DNA of 64,000 nucleotides, taken from assembly GCF_000142905.1 (NCBI RefSeq), contig NW_013657650.1:1-64000 (forward strand), read 5' to 3'. The notes under the pieces were generated by a model that worked only from the letters and a program-made list of their open reading frames with translations, had not been told where the DNA came from and made no database searches. This document shows, in pieces, positions 51,801-61,499 of the stretch (the first letter of the stretch is position 1; every line of letters begins with the position of its first letter). Position numbers and translations under genes: made by a program. The DNA comes from Thecamonas trahens ATCC 50062. Its lineage: Eukaryota > Protista > Apusomonadida.

Positions 51801-54067
51801 GAACCGATCTGCCCAGCGTTGTTCCAGCCCAGGCGGTCGCTCATCGGGTTCTCCTGGGCGTTGCGCCAGCGGCAGCCACCGGCACCCGAGCACGCCGAGC
51901 ACGTCCGGGTGTGGGTGATCGTCGTTGTGTTGATTGTCCGCTCAAGCGTGGCCGTGTAGACCGAGCCGGTCGACGGCCGCGGGAGCGTCGAGTCGGGCGC
52001 CGAGACCTCGCCGTTGACAATGCCCAGCCAATGGCCCGAGACCGGGTCGCGGACGCGCAGAGCGTCCGAGGCATCGTTGACCCGCTCGACAACCGAAAAG
52101 TCCCATGAGGCGTAGAGCGTCGGCGACGGCGCCGGCGCGCACCCGATCGAGTCGGCAATCTGCGTCGCAGACCGGAACTCGTTCCACATGCGGACAAGCG
52201 AGATCTCAGAGTCCTCCAGCGAGTTGGAAGCCGAAGTGTAGCGGTAGCGGTAGCCGTTGTTAAGCCGGCCGGCGACAAGGAACGAGCCAACGCCACCGAG
52301 CGAGCCGGTTGTCGTCGTGCCTGACGCAACCTGTGCGCCATCAACGTACACAATGGTCTGGCCTGACGAAGCGGTCCGCCACGTCACCGCAATGTGATGC
52401 CACATGCCGTCGGCGACGTTAGCACCAGTGTTGAGGTTGGAGCCGCGGAAGCGAGCCCTAAGCGCGTTGGGGTCGTACAGCCGGAACGCGTCCGAGTGCG
52501 ACGACGAAGCGTAGTGCGCGAGCGAGCCGACCGTGTCGGTTCCACGGTAGAAGAGCTCAAAGGTGAGCGTGGAGGTCGGCCATCCGGCGCCGACCTCGGT
52601 GTGCCACAGGAAGCCCGAACCAAAGGTCACGTCGTCAAAGCGGATGAACTGGCCGACGTGCCAATGGCAGCCCGACGAGGGGATGCCGATCGAGGTCACG
52701 GCAATCGACTCGGAGATGAGCGTCTCGACGCGGGTCTCGACTGAGGTCGTCTCGGAAATTGTCTCGCGGTAGACGCCCGAGACGGTGCCGAGCGACTGCG
52801 GGATCCCGGTGTCGAGACGAACGCCCCAACCCGGGTACGAGACCGGCGACGAAATGACCGTGTCGACCACGGTAGAGTCGACGCAGCTCGCCTTGCACGA
52901 AGTTGAGCAGTGGTCGTCGCGGTAGAGGAAAGCCTCGCCACGGTAGCCGTTGTCGTTCGAGCCACCGGCCTGCGGCGCGCCGACAACAAGGTCCATGTAG
53001 GCATCGCCGTCGGCGTCACCGATGTCGAGCGAGACGCCAAACGAGGCGCGGATGACCGCGTCCCAGTGGCTGTAAGACGACGGGAGCTCCAGATGACCGT
53101 CGGCCACCGTCTCAAACGAGTTGGACGTGCCCATGACAAGCGTGACGCGCCCGGCGTCAAGTCCACGCCGCGTATCGTACGCCGGCGAGCCGATCGCGAG
53201 GTCCATCTCACCGTCGGCGTTGAGGTCTCCCATCGCAAGCGAGTAGCCAAACGACTCACGGTGCTGGGTGCCGGTGATCTGCCACGACGGCGTCGACGCA
53301 AACGGATCAATGAAAAGCGGGTAGGCGACGCTGCCGGTGGCCGGGAGCGTCACCTCGTACGCCAACGTAGCGCCGTCGTCTGAGCCCACAAAGCGGGCGG
53401 CGAGCGGCGTGCCGTCGGCGTCAAAAGCTACAGGCGCAGAAAGCTCGAGGAGGACAGCGTCTGCGGCGGAGCGCACGATAAAAGCGCCGGTGTCGGCGTC
53501 GACAGAGCTCGACGCCACAGCCTGAGACGTCGTAACGTCAAAGGTGAGCGAAAAGGTGGTGCCCGGCGCCGAAGGGCCGGTCAGGAGCTTGAGCGAGTGC
53601 TCGAGCGCACCGACCTGCTTCGCCGTCTCGAGCCACTGCTCGGCGACGACAGAGACCTTGGCCACATCGGGTGCGACCGTGGCGTAGGTGAAGACGTGCG
53701 ACATGAGCCGCGCGTCGCCGTTGGACCCACCCAGGGCGCACTTGAACGGCGCGTCCGACGCGCCATGGCCCGGCGAGAGGCGCGCTTGGCGGGTTTGGAG
53801 CGAGAGGCGAACGCCCCACGCAGGGGTAGCCGAGTCCAGGGCTGCGGCAAAAGTCACGGCCGGACCAGCAAGGAAGCCGGTGAGGCGGCCCGCAGCAAGC
53901 GGGAAACGCCCAGAAAACTTGGCATCAATATCGCGGTGCGGCGCGACAACAGCGGCAGCCTTTCCGGTGGTACCGGGCACACACTGCCGCAGAGGCGACC
54001 CAAGGACACCACCCACAACCGTGAGTGCTGCCACAAGGGCCACAAGTTGGAGCACAACGACCTTCAT
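48863..54067 (-). CDS. Integrin alpha-like protein: signal peptide, N-terminal YPLFIDP domain, 7 FG-GAP blades with a pentraxin/LamG-like insert, about 5 DUF11-like Ig repeats; no TM visible
   Basis: FGYSLAMGDLNADGEMDLAIGSP, FGVSLDIGDADGDAYMDLVVGAP, FGRGLAAADVNGDGFMDLLVGAP, FGEAIAPAGDLNRDGCPDVVIGAP and others; ADGMWHHIAVTW...VYVDG; head-to-head with integrin beta. Confidence 0.85.
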   Translation of the reverse strand: MKVVVLQLVALVAALTVVGGVLGSPLRQCVPGTTGKAAAVVAPHRDIDAKFSGRFPLAAGRLTGFLAGPAVTFAAALDSATPAWGVRLSLQTRQARLSPGHGASDAPFKCALGGSNGDARLMSHVFTYATVAPDVAKVSVVAEQWLETAKQVGALEHSLKLLTGPSAPGTTFSLTFDVTTSQAVASSSVDADTGAFIVRSAADAVLLELSAPVAFDADGTPLAARFVGSDDGATLAYEVTLPATGSVAYPLFIDPFASTPSWQITGTQHRESFGYSLAMGDLNADGEMDLAIGSPAYDTRRGLDAGRVTLVMGTSNSFETVADGHLELPSSYSHWDAVIRASFGVSLDIGDADGDAYMDLVVGAPQAGGSNDNGYRGEAFLYRDDHCSTSCKASCVDSTVVDTVISSPVSYPGWGVRLDTGIPQSLGTVSGVYRETISETTSVETRVETLISESIAVTSIGIPSSGCHWHVGQFIRFDDVTFGSGFLWHTEVGAGWPTSTLTFELFYRGTDTVGSLAHYASSSHSDAFRLYDPNALRARFRGSNLNTGANVADGMWHHIAVTWRTASSGQTIVYVDGAQVASGTTTTGSLGGVGSFLVAGRLNNGYRYRYTSASNSLEDSEISLVRMWNEFRSATQIADSIGCAPAPSPTLYASWDFSVVERVNDASDALRVRDPVSGHWLGIVNGEVSAPDSTLPRPSTGSVYTATLERTINTTTITHTRTCSACSGAGGCRWRNAQENPMSDRLGWNNAGQIGSAVAIGATLTGSGGVAVGRHLLGSPYGGEGYVYIYNNPRSNFGTTVDDTRLQNPQSSRRGAEGFGMFGNRLYARADLLNGDGRVDLVVAAPRHSDTQQSGGIGYTGRVLVYPGTTGTTMSTTPGWAVTGPSFNSGFGRGLAAADVNGDGFMDLLVGAPFRQVNAGNDGAVYVYAGSASGLSSTTAAQMVAGPAIYGQFGEAIAPAGDLNRDGCPDVVIGAPNTGDNVEGAVYVFRGCDSVTGFLGATPAQAITMPEENGMFGRAMVSAVDIDGDSWNDLIVSHPFWYASGMATQAVGRVIMLRGLPMADLEVTSVVAPVASVAVPAQVTVTASFRNNGASVANNGVATFEFETAEGLSLNAPSGALLAGACTLAPKSGAPTFMVSTCPLNAIPVSPTPSTITYTFSTTVDTPNVARTVTFSVVADEVDEDGATGSDSFSLTAPVDISVQIVSEPPEANSVILDGFIEYVVVVRAAPAMVTAYNVQLSSNMPTSAFFYDSVVAQDTSPTHTVACGGASTCTIPRLRSGEEFNVTYTLQVLDGITSLVTNNQYVQTFTVTTDSDDSNSANDVAVTKAYNVTQTCDLVVNLIASPTSVVAGSEGLNLVATFQNIGRVVCAGVEANLTVPTGIQYLLSAPQPSSFSPACVWDQANYVVSCKFDAPRFEARSVFYRFKTMSSSDAPIPVLMNTTQTTLELEENLHDNNAAVVVNSYFAVDAGVSLQPPSRLLDGNNRPLYMIPEVPVRWSIGLKAGSSASDIPAGATTVFHIPAVYGVPPTGLTAQSANGVTCVVSGAAANVTCTWPQILAGGEMSIDVLVEAPFTAADTIRAQVAVTNTGIPDFDTSNNVVFGSELLDKTTNVALATSYGPVPSPRGGTMEIRGDVVVNGGRNPAKDLVLNVEYPEDVTYVSAVLLEGSCVDKPAVRVVTCTLRAELVDRGRLVPTLLFTPTFLGTRVFNVNITNSRTEQLLSDNVKAIWKTR

Positions 54068-54705
54068 GCCGAGGCTCGAGGTCGAGGACAAGTGGAAGGT
54101 GACTCAAGAACAAACGTTAAAACAAGATCAAAGTCGATCAAGTGGCGCGTTGGAGCCAAACGCGTGCCGAATCGATCAAAAAGTGGGTGTTCCCAGGAAC
54201 GAAAAAAGCGTTCAAAGGGCCGACGACGAACGAACGGTAAGGCGAGCGCGGGACGGCTGGGGTTTTTTTGCAAGGAACCGACGAGTTCGGGTGTGGGGCA
54301 GAGGAGAGGGGTACGCAGCAAGTGGGAGAATACACAAGCAGCGGAGAAGAAAGGGGAGGGCGTGTGTTGGCCTTCGACAAAGCCTAGAGAGTGGGTATAG
54401 GGTGGGAAGATGGAGGAGGGAGGGGGGGGGAGGGGGGGGGGGGGCGAGGCGAGGGTGGTGGAAGGTTTTGGGGGGAATGTCGAGTGTCGTTCGCCTAGCA
54501 TGGCCAATATCGCTGCTGCCTTGCCTCATTTCCCGCAATTGCGTCATCTGGCCCATTTTGGCCGCCCGACTCCCCCCGTTTCGGGGGAATTATTGGGCGC
54601 CTGCTTTTCAACGAAATGCAAACACTTTGATGTCTGATTGGGCAACGTTCGGAGCGTGTTTGTTCGTTACTGTTGGCAATTGCGAACCTTCCTCTCGCAG
54701 CGACC
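54068..54705. promoter_or_regulatory. Probable bidirectional promoter between the integrin alpha-like and integrin beta genes
   Basis: 638 bp between the divergent ATGs; lower GC than the flanking CDS, with a G-rich tract. Confidence 0.6.
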
Positions 54706-57700
54706 ATGAACTGGACATTGGCCGCCGTGCTAGTTGTTCTTGCCTTTGCGGCACAGACGAGTACGTCCACACGTGGTAGAAGAGAGGCTTGCCACCGTCA
54801 CCACCCTGTGCAACAATAGAATGCACGAGTGCTGGAATGTATGGTGGCTGGCGAGGTGGCCGCATGCCCGCTACGCCCAACACGGGCACGCCGGAGGCAG
54901 GCTGTGTGGCGCGGTTGGTGGCTGGCGGCGCGAGGCTTGGTTTTTGGCGACGGTGATGGGCCAACGAACGCGTGCCGACGGACCGCGGTTGGGTGGCCGG
55001 TGTTGCCGGCTTGTACAGGGGAGGGGGGGGGGGGGGGGGGAGGGGAGGGGGTAGGGGGGTAGGGTGGGTGGTGGAGAATTGGGTGGAGGGGGCAAGGGAG
55101 GAAAGGAGGAAAGGAAGGGGGGGGCGGGGGGGGAGAGAGAGACGGCGGCAAGGAACGCGAAGGGGCAAGTCAAAAACGCCGAACGCTTGTTTGCCAATGT
55201 CTTTTTGACGACTCGGACGATTATGGTGTTCCATGTTTTTTGACGCCAGCCGAAGCGACGAGAACGACTCACAGACGACATGTGGGGGGGGGGGGGACAG
55301 GCGAGGGGGCCGACTGCACGAGCTACACATCGTGCTCGGCTTGTATTTCTAGTGCCGACCAGTGCGGATGGTGCTTTACGCCCGGATCGGCCGGATGCCA
55401 GGCGGCGTCGACGTCGACGTGTGCGGCGCCGGACTTTCTCAACCCTATGTCCGAGGTGCAGTCGCAGTCGACGACGTCGAGTGTGATGACGCCGACGGAC
55501 GTCAAGGTCTTCCTTCGACTCAACGACCCGCTTTCGTTTGTGGTGACGGTGACACCCGGGCCGATTCCGCTCGACCTTGTGCTTGTGGAGGATCTGTCGG
55601 GCTCGATGTCTGATGACGTGAACACACTGCGTGCGCTTGCGCGTGACATGGTGACGCGTGTGCGGACTGAGATTCAGGCCGACACCAACTTTGGCATTGC
55701 CGGCTTCATTGACAAGCCGGCCGAGCCGATTGCGTGGAACCGCGACTGCAACACCGAGTCGCCGCTGGCCAACCAGGACTGCTGGAACTACGAGTACATG
55801 GGCTGGCTGGCAGCGGCTTCGGACGAGAACCTGTTCTTTGACGCGCTGGAGAACTCGCTGGAGAACCATGGCAACAAGGATTGGCCCGAGTCGATGTCCG
55901 AGGGCGCGTTCCATGCTGCGGTGTGCACGGCCCGGTCCGGATGGCGGTCAAACTCGCGCCACATCATGCTCATCTCGACGGATGCCGACTTTCACATTGC
56001 CGGCGACTCGGAGCTTATCGGCGTGTACAACCCGCACTCGCGTCTATGTGAGGATGCCGTTGGTGGCGATGGATACGGCCCGGGCATGGCTGAGGACTAC
56101 CCGAGCGCGTCGCTCATCCGTGATGCGCTGCTGCGCCAGAACGTGGTCCCGATTTTCGCGGTGACTGCTGGTGACGGTGGCAACTCGCGGTTCGACAACA
56201 TTCAGCTGTACCAGGACATTGTGAACGAGTGGGGCTTTGGCTTTGTCTACACCCTCGAGTCCGACTCGTCGAACATCATTGACGCCATTGTGACGGCGTA
56301 CACGGTGACAGCCGAGACGGTGACCCTCATCGAGGCTGCTGACACCCGCGACTGGGTCAAGTCGATCACCCCGACCGGCGGCTACCAGAACGCGCTCCTC
56401 GGCGTGGCGTACCCACTGACGGTCAACATGCTCGCCTCGCACGGTGACGAGAACGTGGTGGAGCAGATTCTGCTCACCTCGTTCGGCTTTGGCTCGGTCA
56501 ACATCAACGCCACGACGGTGTACGATTGCGATTGCTCGGCCGCGTTGTGCCTGGAGACTGGCGGGCAGCAGTGCAACGGACAGGGAACGTGCGAGTGCGG
56601 CGTGTGCACCTGTGCGTCGACCAACTTCACTGGGCCTGGCTGCGAGTGTGACGTCAACGCGCCGTGCGACCCGCCGTGCGTCAACGGCGAGTGCGTGTGC
56701 GGCCAGTGCGTGTGCTCGGACGGCTGGAAGGGCGACACGTGCGAGTGTGACTCCAAGCCGTGCCAGGGTGGCGGTAACTGCAACGGGCATGGTGTGTGCG
56801 AGTGCGGTGTGTGCAACTGCACGACCGGGTGGACCCAGAGCGACTGCTCATGCACCCTCTCGCCGTGCCCAGGCACGCCTGCCTGCTCGGGTAACGGCCT
56901 CTGCACGCCGTGCGGAACGTGCGAGTGCCAGGCCGGCTGGACCCACCCGCCGCCGCCTGCCCCGCAGGACTGCTCGTGCTCGACCATCCCGTGCTTCTGC
57001 TCGGGCCATGGCAACTGCGAGTGCGGGTCGTGTGTCTGTGAGGCGAACTGGATTGGCTCGGACTGCTCGTGCAACAACGTGTCATGCCCGATTGATCCGG
57101 TCACCGGCACCGAGTGCGGTGGTGGACAGGAGTGTGTGTGCGGCGAGTGCGTGTGCGCCGAGGGCTTTACCGGCCCGTTCTGCAACTGCTCGACGAACCT
57201 GTGCCCGACGACCGGCAACGGCGCGTGCAACGGGCATGGCTCTTGCGAGTGCGGCGAGTGCACGTGCGAGTCCGGCTTTGGTGGCATTGCCTGCCAGTGC
57301 GATGCCTCGCTCCCGTGCCCAGGCTCGCCGCAGTGCTCGGGCCATGGCGTGTGCGACCGGACGGACCAGTGCGGATGCGTGTGCGACAACGGATGGACGA
57401 CAGCGCCCGACGGGACCGAGGACTGCTCGTGCTCGACGACGCCGTGTGCGACCTCGTGCCAGCCGCCGTTTGGTAACTGCGAGTGCAACAAGTGCACGTG
57501 CAACACGACGTACATTGACTCGCTGCCGTGCACGGTCGACTGCGGCGCCGGCGAGTGCGTCAAGGTGGTGGACAAGGACTGCGGCATGACGATGCAGTGC
57601 TCGTGCCCGAACGACCCGGCGAACCCAGTGCCGGTCACGCCCGGTGAGTGCCCGTGCATGCAGGACGCCGAGGGCAAGGACCTTTGCGGTGCCGCCAACT

Positions 57701-58416
57701 GCTTCGAGGCCAACTCGGTCAACTGCACTGCCCGGTGCGGCGTGTGCGAGTGCAAGCCCGGTGTGATCGGCGATTCGTGCTTGTGCGACCCAGGAACGGA
57801 GGCACCGGCCTGCGACTCGCCGTGCCTCAACGGTGGGTCGTGTGTGCCGTCGGCCGGCAAGCGCGACCCGGTGACCGGCGCGCTCATTGCCGGCTGCGTG
57901 TGGTCGTGCCAGTGCGTGCCGCCGTTCTCGGGCCCTTCGTGCGCCGACTGTGACGTGACCAACCTCGACTGCCCGCTCGCTTGCCGTGCCCAGACGTGTG
58001 GCGACTGCTTCCTCGACAGCGGCTCGACCGACCCGCGTCTCCAGGAGTGTGGGTGGTGCGTGAGCGACTCGGGCAACTCGTCGTGCATCAAGCGCGCCGA
58101 GTGCTCGGCGAGCAACGGCGTCGTCGTCGACGCCTGTCCGGTCGCCCCGACTCCGGCGCCGACCCTCCTCGAGAACAAGTCGGTCTTCTACGGTGGCATT
58201 GCCGCCGCAGCTGTCCTCATCCTCGCCATCCTCGCCATGATCATCTACAAGATCTTCATCTGGAAGCGCGACAAGCAGCTGTGGGCCAAGTTCAACGCTC
58301 AGCAGGATTGGGGTCTCGACGCCAACCCGCTCTACAAGGATGCGTTCGACCAGCACGAGAACCCGATCTACGCTGAGAACGCCGATGTCGACGACCGCGG
58401 CGCAGCGTTCTTCTGA
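54706..58416 (+). CDS. ITGB: Integrin beta; exons 54706-54760 (signal peptide) and 55301-58416
   Basis: MNWTLAAVLVVLAFAAQT is spliced via GTACGT...ACAG to a PSI domain (CSACI...CGWC). It continues with beta-I MIDAS/ADMIDAS DLSGSMSDD, FIDKP, GNKDWPE, STDADFHIAGD and EDYPS, Cys-rich EGF repeats, a TM, and a tail with NPLY and NPIY. Confidence 0.97.
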
Positions 58417-58611
58417 TTTTGCCGCTCGTCTCCTCTCCGACTCCTCGACTCGCCTGGCCCTGTCTCTGCTGCGCGCCCACGCCCCTCCCACCTCCCCACT
58501 CTTCTCCCCCCTCTCGCCTCGCTCGCACTTGCCATATTTTGACAACACGTGCGCTTGCAAAGCAGACGGCTGTCGGGTCCTGGAAATGAACGCAACATCT
58601 TCTTTCGTCAC

Positions 58612-59658
58612 CTACGACGCCGGCTGCGGGTCCGGCACCGACTGCGTCTGCTGGCGCCGCCGGACGGCTGAGGCTGTCGACGAGGCAACCGATCCATAGG
58701 CGGTGTCGGCAGCGGCGCAGGCCAAGGAAAAGGCGGCGGCGGCGGCTTGGACTGCCGAGTACTGCATGGCAGCAGCAGAGACCGAGGTGATGGCAGAGTC
58801 GAGCGAGGCCGCCGCCCGGTTGACCGCCGGAGTGAGGCCGAGCGCAGTGTCGACGCGGCCAATGCCGGCGTCAACAGCCAACGCCACCTTGTTGCCCGAC
58901 ACGCTGACAGCGGCGAGCGAGGTCGAGAGCGCCGAGCCAAGCCGGACGTGGTCAGCGTCAAAGGCGCGGGCGCGGGCAACGGCGCCCGATCCGACAACAT
59001 ACCCCGCTGCAATCATCTCGGCGAGGATGCACGACTTGGTCTTGGCAGGAGCGGATGTCGCACTCGCCGGCTCGGATGTGGAGGCCATCGAGGCACTGGC
59101 GCTGGCGCCGGCCTCGGCCTCAGCCTCGGCTTCGGCCTCATCCTTGTCCTTGGCGCCGCTGACAAGCACCACGCCTGGCGACGTCGGGGTGAGAGCAGTT
59201 ACCGAGATGGCCGAGTCGACGATGGAAGCATTGGAGAGGAGCAGGGCGGTGGTGAAGCCCGAGTTGGCTTCAAAGACGACTGCCGCCGAGGCCGTGGCCG
59301 GTGGGTCTGTGGCCGGGCTCATGGCAAACGCCTCGATGGTGCCACAGTAGGTGAAGAACGTCTTGATGTTGGCCTCGGTGGCCTTTGCCGAGATGTTGGT
59401 CACCAGCGCTGTGCGGGCGAGCGCAGATTCTTCGAGCTGCACCATGTCGGTGTCCGCGATGATCATGCCCAAGCCCATGTCGGTGTCCGCGATGACCATG
59501 CCCGTGTCCGTGTCCGCGATGACCATGCCCGTGTCCGTGTCCGCGATGACCATGCCCGTGTCCGTGTCCGCGATGACCATGCCCGTGTCCGTGTCCGCGA
59601 TGACCATGCCCGTGTCCGTGTCCGCGATGACCATGCCCGTGTCCGTGCCCATGATTCC

Positions 59659-59727
<69 letters not shown>
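58612..59727 (-). CDS. Vip1/BPA1-like RRM protein; true start uncertain (possibly 59445)
   Basis: VTNISAKATEANIKTFFTYCGTI, AVVFE...TALLLSNASIVDSAISV and MIAAGYVVG...ARAFD. Confidence 0.8.
59442..59727. repeat. 27-bp tandem repeat (about 6 copies plus variants) followed by about 12 CCCATG units
   Basis: The gaccatgcccgtgtccgtgtccgcgat array and the hexamer array are directly visible. Confidence 0.95.
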
Positions 59728-60107
59728 ACCCGCCCCCTTCCATGAGTGTTACGCAACAGAAGCCCCTTCACCTCGCCCTAGCCCATACCCATACCCATAC
59801 CCCCCCTCCCCACCCCCCCCCATCCACCCATCCACACATACCGTAATTCCTCCCCACGTGTACATCGACATAGTGGTCGAGTGCAGTGTGTGTGTGTGTG
59901 TGTGTGTATGTGCTTATGCTTGTGTGTGCTGGTGCTCTTCCCCCTGGCCACACCTCGGAGCAGAGTGGCATGCGCCAATTTGGGGGACGGGCGATGATAG
60001 CCTGATCCGCGTCGGCGGGACTGCACGGATGGCGGTGGGAAACAATCGGAGAGGTGGATATGTGGAGGAGTTGATCAGAGAAATACAGATGGGAGGTAGT
60101 GCGCGGG

Positions 60108-61499
60108 TTAGCACATCGACAGCGCCCACCACAAAAGTCCGCCAAGGAACGCCATGCCGACAAGGCATGCATTGGTGGCCACTGCAACGTCAAAGGCGTA
60201 CTTGCGCACCCGCTTCAGATCGGCCCACTCGAGAATGACAACGTCGGCCTTGGGAATGGTCAGCTCAAAGTCGGGCGCGCCGTCCTTGCCGGTAAACTTG
60301 GACATCGAGTTGGAAATCGCCTTCATGCAGCCTTTGCGCGCAAGCGCAGACTTGACCACCGCAACCTGCTTGTGTCCTGGGTTGTACCACGCCGCCTCGC
60401 GCGGGTATGGCGCCACAGGGTACGAGCGGCAGCCCGATGACGCCTTGCGGCACGAGCAAGCAAAAGCCACCACGTCGGTAGCGCCAGGTACCGTAACCGG
60501 TACTGCTACATGACTCGCCTTGCTCTTAGTCGACTTGCTCTTGCTCGACTTGGCGAAGCCGGCCCGGTCGATGTGAAGCTCAAACCGCGAGAGATCTGCA
60601 AACGGCTTGGACCGCAGCGCGGCAATCTGCACCGAGCTCGTCGCCGCCGGCAGCGGCCCGCGGTAGTACGAATCAGATGCATCGAGTGAACCGAGGAGCG
60701 AAAAGTAGATGCTGCCCACAATCGTCGCCACGCCCACAAAGGCAAACAGGTAGCCAAGGAGCGGGAAGAAGCACTCGCCAACGCTGATCCCGCCAGGGTT
60801 GCGACGGAATGCAACTACAATGACCAGCGCTGTGATCGAGAACAGGATCGGAAGACCAGCCAGCGGAAGCACGAGGCCAAGCACAAGGCCAATGTCTGTA
60901 TCAGCCATGTAGTACGACGCGCCCTGCGTCAGCAGGGCTCCTCCCACAAACACCGCCGTGCCCAGGAGGCCCAGCACATTGCCGCTCGACCTCGTCTGCA
61001 GGCACCTGCACCCCATGCCGCAACCGCCCTCCTCCTCCTCGCTCGCATCGAGCGCATACGGTACAGCCATGTCGGCAACCTCAACGCTCGGCTCAGCTGC
61101 GGAAGAGGCGTCCGCAATGTGTACCACAGGCTGTGGCACCACCCATCCAGTGTCCGATCGCGGTGCCACAAGCTGCAGTGACGCCAGCTTGCTGATCCTC
61201 CCAACCCCATTCCGATCTCGCCTCTGGCCTCTTCTTGACGTCGACGAAGCAGCACCCGGGCTCACCGAGGCACTTGCTGGACTCTGTGCATGTCGAGCCG
61301 GAGTGAGCGTGTGCGCGCCCAGTGGACGTGGCGACGGCGTCGGCAGATCAGGCAGCCGAATTGATTGGCCGGCGGCAACGAGCGGCGGTGGTGGGGCCAC
61401 AGGCGTGGCGAGCGTGTGCATTGCCACAGAATGGTCTGGACCATCTCCTGGTGTCGTTGCAGTCACCGCCACGTCATATGAAGGAAGCTCGTCGCCCAT
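60108..61499 (-). CDS. Hypothetical multi-pass membrane protein (3 TM, Cys-containing loop, C-terminal TM)
   Basis: ORF 60108-61550; likely ATG at MGDELPSYD; clear hydrophobic segments. Confidence 0.6.
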   Translation of the reverse strand: MGDELPSYDVAVTATTPGDGPDHSVAMHTLATPVAPPPPLVAAGQSIRLPDLPTPSPRPLGAHTLTPARHAQSPASASVSPGAASSTSRRGQRRDRNGVGRISKLASLQLVAPRSDTGWVVPQPVVHIADASSAAEPSVEVADMAVPYALDASEEEEGGCGMGCRCLQTRSSGNVLGLLGTAVFVGGALLTQGASYYMADTDIGLVLGLVLPLAGLPILFSITALVIVVAFRRNPGGISVGECFFPLLGYLFAFVGVATIVGSIYFSLLGSLDASDSYYRGPLPAATSSVQIAALRSKPFADLSRFELHIDRAGFAKSSKSKSTKSKASHVAVPVTVPGATDVVAFACSCRKASSGCRSYPVAPYPREAAWYNPGHKQVAVVKSALARKGCMKAISNSMSKFTGKDGAPDFELTIPKADVVILEWADLKRVRKYAFDVAVATNACLVGMAFLGGLLWWALSMC

